From assembly GCA_934131175.1 (NCBI GenBank), contig CAKOZD010000001.1, positions 32,928 to 96,927 of the forward strand: a stretch of DNA of 64,000 nucleotides, given 5' to 3'. Under the pieces are notes generated by a model, which was given only the letters and a program-made list of their open reading frames with translations, did not search any database and was not told where the DNA came from. Both the position numbers and the translations under genes were made by a program. The DNA comes from an uncultured Bacilli bacterium. GTDB lineage: Bacteria; Bacillota_I; Bacilli_A; RF39; UBA660. Shown here one piece after another: positions 10,806 to 21,109 of the stretch. Positions within the stretch are counted from its first letter, which is position 1; each line of letters begins with the position of its first letter.

Positions 10806-11581
10806 CGTGGATACCCCACATACATAGTACCATTAGTAATTATTCCTCCAATACCATCACTACCATATTTTGTTTTCTTAATCATATTAATTAAATCAAT
10901 ACTTTGATTTTTATCAGATAAAGCAACACTTGATGCTATTATTGCAGGATCTAGAGCATGAATATTTATCCTTTTAGGACTCGATGCAAAATTAGCACCT
11001 GCTTGAATTAGTTTTTCGTAATTAGACTGACAAGCACCAGCTATTATAATTAACTTATCTTGACTCTTTTCATATTTTCTTGCCTCTTTAATAGCCGAAA
11101 TAAAATTAGATGAATTTTCATAATTATTTAAATCATTTTCATCGTGTTTTTTTGAAAAATAAGCATCATGACCAGTAACAACAACAATATCCGGTCTATA
11201 TTCTTTTATAAGATTAACAATTTTAGAGGAAACACTTTTTTCAGGCAAAGTAATTCCATTCGCCTTAATACCCATATTTTTATAAAATTTCATACATCTA
11301 TTCAAATAATCATTATCTCCATCAATATGTAATATTTTTCCAGGTATATAAAAATAATTATCTCTATCCATATGAATTAAAGATAAATTTCTCTTTATTA
11401 TAGAATCATCATCATTTAAAACATCATTAACTATAGTAAGATCATCTATATCAGCATCAGCATATAAACGTAAATCAACGCCTTTTAAAAAAACATTTTG
11501 TTGATCTATACTAATAATTTTAAAAACGATGTCATGATTATGAGAAATACGACTTACTAAATCACCCACTTTGAATTTCAA
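10802..11581 (-). CDS. yabG: Sporulation-specific protease YabG-like
   Basis: 259 aa. N-terminal MKFKVGDLV...FKII and overall pattern match YabG. Position is syntenic between ksgA and veg. Confidence 0.6.
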   Translation of the reverse strand: MKFKVGDLVSRISHNHDIVFKIISIDQQNVFLKGVDLRLYADADIDDLTIVNDVLNDDDSIIKRNLSLIHMDRDNYFYIPGKILHIDGDNDYLNRCMKFYKNMGIKANGITLPEKSVSSKIVNLIKEYRPDIVVVTGHDAYFSKKHDENDLNNYENSSNFISAIKEARKYEKSQDKLIIIAGACQSNYEKLIQAGANFASSPKRINIHALDPAIIASSVALSDKNQSIDLINMIKKTKYGSDGIGGIITNGTMYVGYPR

Positions 11582-11638
11582 TCAATCATCTCCCATAAAT
11601 TTATATGCTAAAAAAAGAAAAATAGAATAAAAAAAGGA

Positions 11639-12442
11639 TTATTTATTATATAACCCATTTGCTAAATCAATAAAAACATCTAATTGTAAATTTTCAGCTC
11701 TGACACTCAAATCATATCCATAATTATTTAAAATATTCTCAACAATATTTAAATCATAACTTTTCAAATTATTTTTAATTGTCTTTCTCTTAAATTGAAA
11801 AGAATCTCTAACAATTTTTTCAAAAAAATCTAAATCAACGACTTCTCTTCTTTCCTTTTTTTCTTTAAAGGATACTATTACACTATCAACTTTAGGTTCT
11901 GGTACAAACTCTTTCTTTGAAACAAAAAACTCTTTTTTGATATCATAAAAATAATTTAACAATACAGTAATTGATCCATATTCTCTAGTTCCAGGTCCAG
12001 TTGAAAATCTATCTCCTACCTCTTTTTGTACCATCATTACAATTTTTTCAAAAGATAAATGTGATTTTACCAGTTTCATAAGTATAGGTGTTGTTATATA
12101 ATAGGGTACATTACTAACAAAATATAATTTATCATAATCATATTTTTCTACGTCTGACGGAATATCAGCCTCTAAAAAATCTTGAAATAAAACATCAACA
12201 TTATCAAGACCATCAAGTCTTTTAAACAACTCATCAGAAAGTTCTGTATCTATTTCATATGCAAGGACATTCTTGGCACACATTGCAAGCTCTCTAGTCA
12301 TAATTGCTCCACCTGGACCAACTTCTATAACTAAATCATCAGAACTAACTCCACTTACATCTACAATTCTTTTTACTGTATTAATATTTTTCAAAAAATT
12401 TTGTCCAAATTTCTTTTTAAATTTAACATCATACTTTTCCAT
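11639..12442 (-). CDS. rsmA: 16S rRNA (adenine1518-N6/adenine1519-N6)-dimethyltransferase
   Basis: FGQNFL motif and SAM-binding VIEVGPGGAIMTREL. True start is probably the internal Met MEKYDV (12442). The ORF-track start at 12547 adds a non-homologous 35-aa extension. Confidence 0.85.
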   Translation of the reverse strand: MEKYDVKFKKKFGQNFLKNINTVKRIVDVSGVSSDDLVIEVGPGGAIMTRELAMCAKNVLAYEIDTELSDELFKRLDGLDNVDVLFQDFLEADIPSDVEKYDYDKLYFVSNVPYYITTPILMKLVKSHLSFEKIVMMVQKEVGDRFSTGPGTREYGSITVLLNYFYDIKKEFFVSKKEFVPEPKVDSVIVSFKEKKERREVVDLDFFEKIVRDSFQFKRKTIKNNLKSYDLNIVENILNNYGYDLSVRAENLQLDVFIDLANGLYNK

Positions 12443-12497
12443 AAAATCACCAACCGTTCCTATTATAAAACATATCAAAAAAAAAGAAAAGAATTTA

Positions 12498-13106
12498 TTA
12501 AGACTCTCTTCTCTTTGACATAACAACAGTAATTTTAATAGCATCATATAAAATAACTATTCCTATAGGAATTAAAAAACAATATAAGAAATTAGAAGGT
12601 TTTGATAAAAATGAATGTACATAACCTATTTTTGGAATAACAAATAAAACCTTTCCATAAATCTGATCAGTTGCAACAGAAGCATAATCAGCAACTGGAT
12701 TATTATCACCTTTTGTAGTATAAATCGAACTATCCTTATTAACGTTTTCTTTATTGATAATTCTATGAGTTACTGTTAATCCTTTATAATATGTATCGCT
12801 AGATGAAAAACTTATAATATCTCCAACTTTATATTTATCATGATCAACTCTTTTTACAATAATAGCATCATTAATATTTATTGTTGGAACCATACTTTGT
12901 GAAACAATAACATAACCATTAAATAAAGGACTTTTATAATTTGGGTTATTAGAATTAATCAAAATATCTCCAAAATAAAGACAAAAAACAAAACCAATCA
13001 CAACTATAAAGCACAAAATTGCCAACAAAAACGCTCTTACAATAAAATGTGATAAGTACTTAATTTTATCAAAAGGGTTTTCTAATCTACCTTCCATCTT
13101 TATCAA
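12498..13106 (-). CDS. sipW: Signal peptidase I, SipW-like (archaeal/ER-type S26)
   Basis: 202 aa. N-terminal TM, catalytic Ser in VSQSMVP, His in TVTHRII, and GDNN motif typical of SipW-type peptidases. Confidence 0.65.
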   Translation of the reverse strand: MIKMEGRLENPFDKIKYLSHFIVRAFLLAILCFIVVIGFVFCLYFGDILINSNNPNYKSPLFNGYVIVSQSMVPTININDAIIVKRVDHDKYKVGDIISFSSSDTYYKGLTVTHRIINKENVNKDSSIYTTKGDNNPVADYASVATDQIYGKVLFVIPKIGYVHSFLSKPSNFLYCFLIPIGIVILYDAIKITVVMSKRRES

Positions 13107-13191
13107 CTTCTCCTATCATATTTTTATTATAATACTCAAAAAATCAAAAAACTATAAATAAAAATAAAAAGAAGTCAACTTTACACTTCTT

Positions 13192-13794
13192 TTATTTAGC
13201 TTTTCCATTAATATCAACTTCTACAGAATAAGTACCATTTTGAACTAAACTAGTATCAGCAAGCCAAATTCTTAATCTATAATTATCAGTACCTGACTTA
13301 ACTTTCTTTGTTTTAGTAAGTACCATACTATCTTTTTCACTTCCTAATACAGTTTTCTTCTTCAATCCATCAAATTTTGTAGGACCAAATACTTTAGAAT
13401 AAGTTCCATCACTTTCTTTTTCTAAATAAACTCTTATATCACTATCTGGAATAGTACTTTTACTTTTATCTCTTTTTATAGAAACTTCATATTCAACATA
13501 CTTAGCTTCATCTAGATTAACATCTACAGAAAAATCAAAATATGAACCTTCTGTATTATCTTTTATTCCTATTAAATCAGAAGTTGGAATAGCATTCGAT
13601 ATACTTAGACCATCTATATTATCAGAATAGTTAAGTAAAATATTTCCTCCTTCTTTTTTCTCAACAACAACTTCTTGCTTCTTATTACTAACAAGAGCTA
13701 TACCAACAGCAAGAACTATTATAAATATAGAACACACACATATAAAAACTATCCAAAAATTCTTTGATAATTTTTCTTTTTTTGAACTAGCCAT
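13192..13794 (-). CDS. Secreted/membrane-anchored hypothetical protein B, paralog of the adjacent gene
   Basis: 200 aa. N-terminal basic stretch plus hydrophobic signal/anchor. C-terminal motif RLRIWLAD is shared with the upstream paralog (KLRAWVSD). Probably a SipW substrate. Confidence 0.5.
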   Translation of the reverse strand: MASSKKEKLSKNFWIVFICVCSIFIIVLAVGIALVSNKKQEVVVEKKEGGNILLNYSDNIDGLSISNAIPTSDLIGIKDNTEGSYFDFSVDVNLDEAKYVEYEVSIKRDKSKSTIPDSDIRVYLEKESDGTYSKVFGPTKFDGLKKKTVLGSEKDSMVLTKTKKVKSGTDNYRLRIWLADTSLVQNGTYSVEVDINGKAK

Positions 13795-13802
13795 ATTTCC
13801 TC

Positions 13803-14396
13803 CTAAATACTCCTTACATATATATCAAAAGATATACACTTATTATCATTACCTAATGAATACAAATCAGATACCCAAGCTCTTAATTTAAACTTCATAC
13901 TACTATTAGACTTAATAATACCAGAATATAGAAGTTTAGAATCAGGTAAATCATCTATAACAGCTAAAGATGAATATGTAGGTAACTTATTATTAGTAAA
14001 TCCATTCAAAGCATTATCATTAGAATCAGTTAAATATAAATTTACAAATTCATTTCCAATTTCATTCTTCCCAGAACATTTAGAATTTTTCTTTAAGTAT
14101 ATTTGATAATTTATATCAGTAGAATATTCATTTTTATAAGTAAACTCTTTTAATACTTGCTTTGCATCATCAGCGTCTCCTCTATATACTTTACCCAAAG
14201 CATCAGAAACAGGAAAACTACTATTTAAATAAACATTATTTGTCTCAACATAATTTTCTTCTAAAACATATGCTCTCTTTAAATTATTTCTATTACTAGT
14301 ATAAAAATATCCAAGTAACATAAAAAAGACAAATAAGAATACAATTACAATAAGTGCCAGCATAACTTGTTTTTTATCTTTAACATTCATATCCAC
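13803..14396 (-). CDS. Secreted/membrane-anchored hypothetical protein A, paralog of the adjacent gene
   Basis: 197 aa. N-terminal signal/anchor. Shares LN-S block and C-terminal K-LR-W--D motif with protein B. Confidence 0.5.
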   Translation of the reverse strand: MDMNVKDKKQVMLALIVIVFLFVFFMLLGYFYTSNRNNLKRAYVLEENYVETNNVYLNSSFPVSDALGKVYRGDADDAKQVLKEFTYKNEYSTDINYQIYLKKNSKCSGKNEIGNEFVNLYLTDSNDNALNGFTNNKLPTYSSLAVIDDLPDSKLLYSGIIKSNSSMKFKLRAWVSDLYSLGNDNKCISFDIYVRSI

Positions 14397-14431
14397 ACCA
14401 ACCTATTATTTCCTAAAGAATATCACAAAAA

Positions 14432-15190
14432 CTATTTCAAGTCAAATAAGTCATACGTACTAGAAAGTGTATTCTCAGATACATTTTCAATAGATAAATT
14501 AAGAATTTCTGCTACTTTTTCTGCTATTAATGGTATATATTTGGAACTATTCTTTTGTCCTCTATAAGGATCAGGAGTTAAATAAGGACTATCTGTTTCT
14601 AATAAAATATTTTTAATACCAATAGCATCAACTACTTTATACAAATTACTATTTTTAAATGTAACAACTCCACCTATTCCAATTTTATATCCCATTGATA
14701 TATATACTTTAGCAGTTTCTACACTTCCACTAAAACAATGAATATCTCCAATTACATTAGGAAACTCTTTCAATATATTAATTGTATATTGAGTAGCATC
14801 TCTACTATGAATAACAACAGGTAAATTTAATTTTTCAGCAAGAGACATTTGCTTTCTAAATAAATCTTGTTGCTCTAACATATCTTCTTTTCCATAATGA
14901 TAATCAAGACCAATCTCACCTATACCTACAACTTTATTAGTATTAATTAATTGAGTTTCTAATAATTCTATATCTTTATCTGTTATAGTAGATACTTCAC
15001 TAGGATGATATCCTAAAGTTAAATAAACATTCTCATACTTTTTTGATAATTCAATCGATTCTAAAATACTTTCTTTAGTACATCCAGAAATAATCATTTT
15101 TTCTATTCCAGCTTTTTTATTTTCTTCTACAATTAAATCAATATCATCATAATCTTCACAAGATAAATGACAATGTGTATCAATAAACAT
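14432..15190 (-). CDS. tatD: TatD-family metal-dependent DNase
   Basis: MFIDTHCHL start motif (internal Met of the listed ORF) and TatD His/Glu/Asp metal ligands. Confidence 0.85.
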   Translation of the reverse strand: MFIDTHCHLSCEDYDDIDLIVEENKKAGIEKMIISGCTKESILESIELSKKYENVYLTLGYHPSEVSTITDKDIELLETQLINTNKVVGIGEIGLDYHYGKEDMLEQQDLFRKQMSLAEKLNLPVVIHSRDATQYTINILKEFPNVIGDIHCFSGSVETAKVYISMGYKIGIGGVVTFKNSNLYKVVDAIGIKNILLETDSPYLTPDPYRGQKNSSKYIPLIAEKVAEILNLSIENVSENTLSSTYDLFDLK

Positions 15191-15261
15191 ATTATCCCTC
15201 CAAAACAATTATACACTAAAAAGAAAAATCCTATAATGTTAACTTACATTATAGGATAATT

Positions 15262-16782
15262 TTACTTTGTAGTATCAATTCTCATAAATAATGGAGATGG
15301 TTGACCTAAAGAATAATTATTATCATCTAAATAACTAAAATCTTTTTTATCATTTGATAATTGGTTAAGTATTTTATCACTAGTGTCAGTTAAGAATGGT
15401 GCTAGGAAAACTGCACATACTCTAATAGCTTCTAATAAATTATATAAAACAGTTTCAAGTCTATCTTTTAAAGCCTCATCCTTAGCAAGAACCCATGGAG
15501 TAGTTTCATCTATATACTTATTACTTAATCTTAATAAATTAAATATTTCAGTAATAGCATCACAAATTTGTAATTTATCCATCTTTTCAGTTACTTTACT
15601 ATCTAAATTATTAATATTCATAATAAAGTCTGCATCAATATCATCATATACTTTCTTATTAGTAACTTTTCCATCAAAATATTTATTTGCCATAGAAATA
15701 GTTCTTTGAACTAAATTTCCTAAAATATTAGCAAGATCACCATTTATTCTTTCAATTAATAAATCTTTTGAGAAAACACCATCACTTGCAAATGGAATTT
15801 CATGTAAGAAATAATATCTAACAGCATCTACACCAAATTCATTAACTAAATAATCTGCATATAAAACATTTCCTTTTGATTTACTCATCTTTCCATCACT
15901 CATTATAACCCAAGGATGTCCAAATACTTGTTTAGGTAATGGTAAATCTAAACTCATCAAGAAACATGGCCAATAAATAGTATGGAATCTAATAATATCT
16001 TTACCAATTACATGAATGTCAGCTGGCCAATATTTCTTAAACATGTCAGTTTGACTATCTATATCATATCCGATATTAGTAATATAATTTGTCAATGCAT
16101 CAAGCCAAACATAAACTACATGCTTAGGATCAAAATCCACTGGTATTCCCCAACTAAATGATGTACGTGAAACACATAAATCTTGTAATCCAGGTTTAAT
16201 AAAATTATTAATCATTTCATTTTTTCTTGCGGCAGGTTGAATAAACTCAGGATGTTCTTCAATGTATTTTTCAAGTCTATCTTGATATTTACTTAATTTA
16301 AAGAAGTATGCTTCCTCACATTTTTCTTCAACATCACGTCCACAATCAGGACATTTATCATCTACTAATTGACTTTCTGTCCAAAAAGATTCACAAGGAG
16401 TACAGTATAATCCTTTATATTCTCCTTTGTAAATATCCCCTTTATCATACATATATTTAAAAATATGTTGTACTACTTTTTCATGATTTTCATCTGTAGT
16501 TCTAACAAATTTATCATAACTTGTGTTCATAATATCCCAAATATTTTTAATTTCACTTGAAACATTATCAACAAATTCCTTAGGACTTATACCAGCTTCT
16601 TTTGCTTTAATCTCTATTTTCTCACCATGTTCATCAGTACCAGTTTGAAAATAAACATCATATCCTTTTAATCTTTTAAATCTAGCAATTGCATCAGAAA
16701 GAACTATCTCATAAGTATTACCAATATGAGGCTTTCCTGAAGTATATGCAATAGCTGTTGAAATATAAAATTTTTCTTTCAT
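15262..16782 (-). CDS. metG: Methionine--tRNA ligase (short form)
   Basis: 506 aa. HIGN motif (PHIGNTYE), KMSKS motif, CxxC zinc knuckles. RBS ggaggg upstream. Confidence 0.93.
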   Translation of the reverse strand: MKEKFYISTAIAYTSGKPHIGNTYEIVLSDAIARFKRLKGYDVYFQTGTDEHGEKIEIKAKEAGISPKEFVDNVSSEIKNIWDIMNTSYDKFVRTTDENHEKVVQHIFKYMYDKGDIYKGEYKGLYCTPCESFWTESQLVDDKCPDCGRDVEEKCEEAYFFKLSKYQDRLEKYIEEHPEFIQPAARKNEMINNFIKPGLQDLCVSRTSFSWGIPVDFDPKHVVYVWLDALTNYITNIGYDIDSQTDMFKKYWPADIHVIGKDIIRFHTIYWPCFLMSLDLPLPKQVFGHPWVIMSDGKMSKSKGNVLYADYLVNEFGVDAVRYYFLHEIPFASDGVFSKDLLIERINGDLANILGNLVQRTISMANKYFDGKVTNKKVYDDIDADFIMNINNLDSKVTEKMDKLQICDAITEIFNLLRLSNKYIDETTPWVLAKDEALKDRLETVLYNLLEAIRVCAVFLAPFLTDTSDKILNQLSNDKKDFSYLDDNNYSLGQPSPLFMRIDTTK

Positions 16783-16789
16783 AATTATC

Positions 16790-17010
16790 CCTCCAAAAAA
16801 AAATTACTATAAACATAAGGACGAACAATATCGCGGTACCACCTTATTTTATAATAATTAATATTATACACTTATATAGTTAACGCCTATCTACGTCTAT
16901 ACCTACATATCGATATAGAAGTTCAGAAGCCATACTTTTATAAAAAAATTATACTCATTTTCACCAACAGAGTTCTCTAAAATAATTTTTCTTATAAAGC
17001 TCTTCATCAA
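16790..17010 (-). promoter_or_regulatory. T-box riboswitch leader of metG (Met specifier)
   Basis: Minus strand contains the hallmark T-box sequence AAGGUGGUACCGCG (revcomp of ~16829-16846), followed by a U10 run before the metG RBS. Upstream are stem I elements: a GA/K-turn-like UGAUGAAGAGC, an AGAGA box, a candidate specifier region containing AUG-G, and an F-box-like GCGUUA. Confidence 0.6.
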
Positions 17011-17060
17011 AACATTTAAAATATGAGAATAATATAACATAAATATATTAAATTAACAAG

Positions 17061-17729
17061 TTAATCATCTAAATTATCATTTAATAATCTAGAATTATTT
17101 AAAGTAAATAAATATCTTTCAGCTTGCTCCTTAGCACTATTCATCAAAGTTGTATCTTTCACTAATATCTTAATATCAACATTTTCAAGTAACTGATTTT
17201 TATATGTACTCTTAATCCACTTAGAAATATCAGTAGTAATTTTAGCCTTTTTAACATCATCAGCATCGTCCATGAATATGCAATTTATCTTTTTTAAAAT
17301 ATATTTATCAAGTCCCATAGCTAACTGATCTTTAATAATTTTTTTTATTTGTTTATTTATATTACTAAAATCCTTTTTATTAATTTTAATAACATCACTA
17401 TTTTTAACAAATTCTGTACTTTCAACCTTACTAGATAATTCAGATACTCTAATAGTTTTTATTTCATTACAACATTTCATAATATATTTTCTATAATTAT
17501 CAAGAATTTTCTTTAATTCATCAGTATTTAGAATTATTTTGTTTTTCTTTGCTAAATCAAGAAATTTGGCCTTAATTAAATCCATAGAATCTAATGGAGG
17601 TGTCTTTAATAATGATTTAATATCTTCATCAACTAAAACATTAGTATTATTTTTGATATTCTCTAATATTGCTTTTCTATAATTATCAATATGTTGAGTC
17701 TTTATTTTTTCAAGTTCTTCTTCACTCAT
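17061..17729 (-). CDS. Hypothetical coiled-coil protein
   Basis: 222 aa K/E/N-rich ORF between mfd and the metG leader. No recognisable family. Confidence 0.45.
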   Translation of the reverse strand: MSEEELEKIKTQHIDNYRKAILENIKNNTNVLVDEDIKSLLKTPPLDSMDLIKAKFLDLAKKNKIILNTDELKKILDNYRKYIMKCCNEIKTIRVSELSSKVESTEFVKNSDVIKINKKDFSNINKQIKKIIKDQLAMGLDKYILKKINCIFMDDADDVKKAKITTDISKWIKSTYKNQLLENVDIKILVKDTTLMNSAKEQAERYLFTLNNSRLLNDNLDD

Positions 17730-17796
17730 TTTTATCCTCCTAGCACAATAAATTTAACAAGTATAAAATAATTAGTCAAGAGCTTTACCAAATTTA

Positions 17797-20700
17797 TCAT
17801 ATAAATTTATCATATATTTTATTTAATAAATCAACTAGATAATAGATAGGATGCTTTTCAAGTTTTATAGTATCTAAAATAATAATTAAATTGCTTCCAC
17901 GACTAACAAATCTAAACATTGTTGTAATATAAAAGGCATCCATAAATATTTCTTCTGTATCAAGTTTTTCAACAACTTCTTTAGGAAATGTTATCTCTAT
18001 AGAATTTCTAGTTTCCCTAACATGTTCAATATGTAATTTATTAGCTAACTTCTCAAACCATTCATTATACATATAAATAATAATTTCTTCTGATAATTTA
18101 CCAAATCTATCCTCTAATTCATTCTTTACACTAGCAAATGATTTTTCATCTTCTATAGTATTAATTAACTTATGAATCTCAATTTTTAAATCATCTTCTG
18201 ATACATAATCATCAGAAATATGCGTCGCTACATTAATAAGTGGATTTTTATCAGCTATTTCATCTTCTATAACAACTTCATTATTACGACGTTTAACCTC
18301 ATCATTAAGCATCTTTAAATACAAGTCAACACCTACACTATCAATAAATCCTGCTTGTTCACTTCCCAATATGTCACCTGCTCCACGAATAGATAAATCA
18401 CGTGTTGCAATAGAAAAACCACTGCCAAGCTCAGTAAACTCTTTTATAACATTAAGTCTCTTAATTGCAGTTTCTGTAAGGGATTTAAATGGTTGATACA
18501 TTAAATATGCATAAGCAAATTTATTAGAACGACCTACCCTTCCTCTTATTTGATATAATTGACTCAATCCAAATCTATCAGCATCCATTATAATTAATGT
18601 ATTTACATTAGGTATATCAATACCTGTTTCTATTATTGTAGTACATATTAAAATATCAAACTTATAATTTACAAAATCCATTATAGTATTTTCAAGCTCA
18701 TTTTTATTCATTTGACCATGAGCAATACTAATTCTAGCATCCGGAACTAAATTTCTTATTCTATTACTAAATTCATCAATAGATTGAACTCTATTATATA
18801 ATATAAAAACTTGACCATTTCGTGACAATTCTTTATAAATAGCATCTTTTAATATTTGTTTATTTTCTTCAACAACATAAGTTTGAACAGGATACCTATT
18901 TACTGGAGGGGTCTCTATTAAACTAAGACTTCTTATTCCAACTAATGACATCTGCAAAGTTCTAGGAATAGGTGTTGCTGTAAGTGTCAAAACATCAACA
19001 TTAGTTTTATATTGCTTAATTTTTTCTTTATGAGCAACTCCAAATCTTTGTTCCTCATCTATTACAAGCAATCCTAAATTTTTAGGAATAATATCATCAC
19101 TTAAAAGTCTGTGAGTACCAAATACCATATCAATAGTACCATCTTTAAGACCAGAAATAATTCTTTTTACTTCTTTAGGAGAAGTAAATCTATTAAGTAA
19201 TCCTATATTTACTGGAAAATTTCTAAATCTAACTTTAGCATTTTCATAATGTTGATTAGAAAGAATAGTAGTAGGACATAAAAATAAAACTTGCTTTGAA
19301 TCTAAAATTGCTTTAAATGCTGCTACAAAAGCAACTTCAGTCTTACCAAAACCAACATCACCACATAATAATCTATCCATTGGAGATGGTTTTTCCATAT
19401 CATCTTTAATCTGCTTAATAGCTCTAGATTGATCAGCAGTAAGTTCATAAGGAAAATCATTCTCAAAATCTTTGGACATATCGCAATCAGGTGAAAAAGC
19501 AAATCCTTTTTGTGATTCTCTCTCTGCATACAATTTTATTAATTTATCAGCCATATCATTAACTCTAGTCTGAACTCTCTTCTTAGTCTTAATCCACTCA
19601 GTACCACCTAATTTATTTACTTTAGGAGTAATTCCTTCTCTTCCAGAATATTTACTTATCAAAGATATTTTTTCAACAGGAATATAAATTTTATCAGTTC
19701 CCGCATATAAAAGCTCTAAATAATCTTTAGAAATATTATTATTTTCCAAAGTAACTATACCATTATAAACACCAATTCCATGAACATTATGAACAACATA
19801 ATCTCCTACTTCTAATTTATTTATATCCTTAATAGCTGATGAATATTTAAACTTAGTATTATACTTTTTTGATGAACTCTTAGCATTAAATAACTCATTA
19901 GCAGTTAAAAAAACTAAATTATCATACATAAATCCTTCACTAGCATCACAATCAATAAGATTAACACAATTATTATGTATATCAGAAAAACTAGTTTCAA
20001 ATAAATTCATATTCAAATGTTTAATAATATTTTTAATTTGAAATTTCTTTAAACAAATAAGAACTGTTTTAGAAGAGTTAATAGAATCATTTATAAATTT
20101 GTTAATAGCTTCTTCATTTTCATTAAAATTATTAATAGTTCTAACAGAAAAATCTTTAATATCAGAAATATATTCACTACTTGTTAAATTATTTAATGAG
20201 AAAAAATATACAGGAAATTCATGAGTACTAGAAATTTTATTAAAATCAAGCATATAGTCTTTTTCAAAATTTGTATCTTTTTCTATTTTATATTCACTTA
20301 CTTCGTCCATTATATTAATATAGCTTAACTTTAATTGCTCATAATCTTTGAAAAATACAATTGAATTATCTAAATAATTTGAAATAGACACGACATTTCC
20401 ATAGTTTGGTAAATACTTTTGTTTACCCGCTTCATCATCATTTACTTTATTTATAGTTAAAAATTCAGAAAATGGTTTTATAAATAATTTTTCTACTGAA
20501 GAAATAGACTTTTGCGTGTCGGGATCAAAATATCTAATTGACTCTATTTCATCATCAAAAAATTCAATTCTTAAAGGATTCTCTTCATCAATAGGAAATA
20601 TATCAATTACAAAACCTCTAACACCAAATTCACCTGTCTTATTAACTAAAGTATCTCTAGAATAGCCTAATGATACAAGTTTTTCTGTAAGAATAGCAGG

Positions 20701-21105
20701 TTCAATAATATCACCAGTTTTTAATGAAAGAATACTATTTTCATAAACTTTTTTTTCTGGCAAAAAGCGTAAATATCCCATTAAATTTGTTATAACAATA
20801 CATTTTTCACAAGAAATAATACTATTTATAGTCTCAAGACGATTAATCATTAAGTCTGGTGAAATAGCAAGAGCTTCACTAGTTAAAAAATCATCCATTG
20901 GAAATAAAAATACATTATTAGTATAATTACTAAGTGAATTATATAATTTATTAGCCTCAAATAAACTATTTACAACAACTAAACAATTTCTATTTTCTTT
21001 AGAATAAACTTTGTTTAAAAGTAAACAAAAAAACTCATCGGTAACATTACATATACCCATGCTTTTTTTTAAGTCAAAATTTAAATAATTATCAAAAAAA
21101 TTCAT
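17797..21105 (-). CDS. mfd: Transcription-repair coupling factor
   Basis: 1102 aa. UvrB-homology N-terminus, RNAP-interaction domain, and superfamily 2 helicase motifs GDVGFGKTEVA and DEEQRFG. Confidence 0.96.
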   Translation of the reverse strand: MNFFDNYLNFDLKKSMGICNVTDEFFCLLLNKVYSKENRNCLVVVNSLFEANKLYNSLSNYTNNVFLFPMDDFLTSEALAISPDLMINRLETINSIISCEKCIVITNLMGYLRFLPEKKVYENSILSLKTGDIIEPAILTEKLVSLGYSRDTLVNKTGEFGVRGFVIDIFPIDEENPLRIEFFDDEIESIRYFDPDTQKSISSVEKLFIKPFSEFLTINKVNDDEAGKQKYLPNYGNVVSISNYLDNSIVFFKDYEQLKLSYINIMDEVSEYKIEKDTNFEKDYMLDFNKISSTHEFPVYFFSLNNLTSSEYISDIKDFSVRTINNFNENEEAINKFINDSINSSKTVLICLKKFQIKNIIKHLNMNLFETSFSDIHNNCVNLIDCDASEGFMYDNLVFLTANELFNAKSSSKKYNTKFKYSSAIKDINKLEVGDYVVHNVHGIGVYNGIVTLENNNISKDYLELLYAGTDKIYIPVEKISLISKYSGREGITPKVNKLGGTEWIKTKKRVQTRVNDMADKLIKLYAERESQKGFAFSPDCDMSKDFENDFPYELTADQSRAIKQIKDDMEKPSPMDRLLCGDVGFGKTEVAFVAAFKAILDSKQVLFLCPTTILSNQHYENAKVRFRNFPVNIGLLNRFTSPKEVKRIISGLKDGTIDMVFGTHRLLSDDIIPKNLGLLVIDEEQRFGVAHKEKIKQYKTNVDVLTLTATPIPRTLQMSLVGIRSLSLIETPPVNRYPVQTYVVEENKQILKDAIYKELSRNGQVFILYNRVQSIDEFSNRIRNLVPDARISIAHGQMNKNELENTIMDFVNYKFDILICTTIIETGIDIPNVNTLIIMDADRFGLSQLYQIRGRVGRSNKFAYAYLMYQPFKSLTETAIKRLNVIKEFTELGSGFSIATRDLSIRGAGDILGSEQAGFIDSVGVDLYLKMLNDEVKRRNNEVVIEDEIADKNPLINVATHISDDYVSEDDLKIEIHKLINTIEDEKSFASVKNELEDRFGKLSEEIIIYMYNEWFEKLANKLHIEHVRETRNSIEITFPKEVVEKLDTEEIFMDAFYITTMFRFVSRGSNLIIILDTIKLEKHPIYYLVDLLNKIYDKFI

Positions 21106-21109
21106 ATTA

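Noticed and set aside
11639-12547. N-terminal extensions in the ORF track for ksgA, mscL, mnmE, mnmG, ung, dnaX, tatD, rplI, rpsF and rpmH
   Set aside because: The extensions are non-homologous and lack an RBS. Internal Met codons with good Shine-Dalgarno sequences align with the conserved N-termini, so starts were moved in the feature list.
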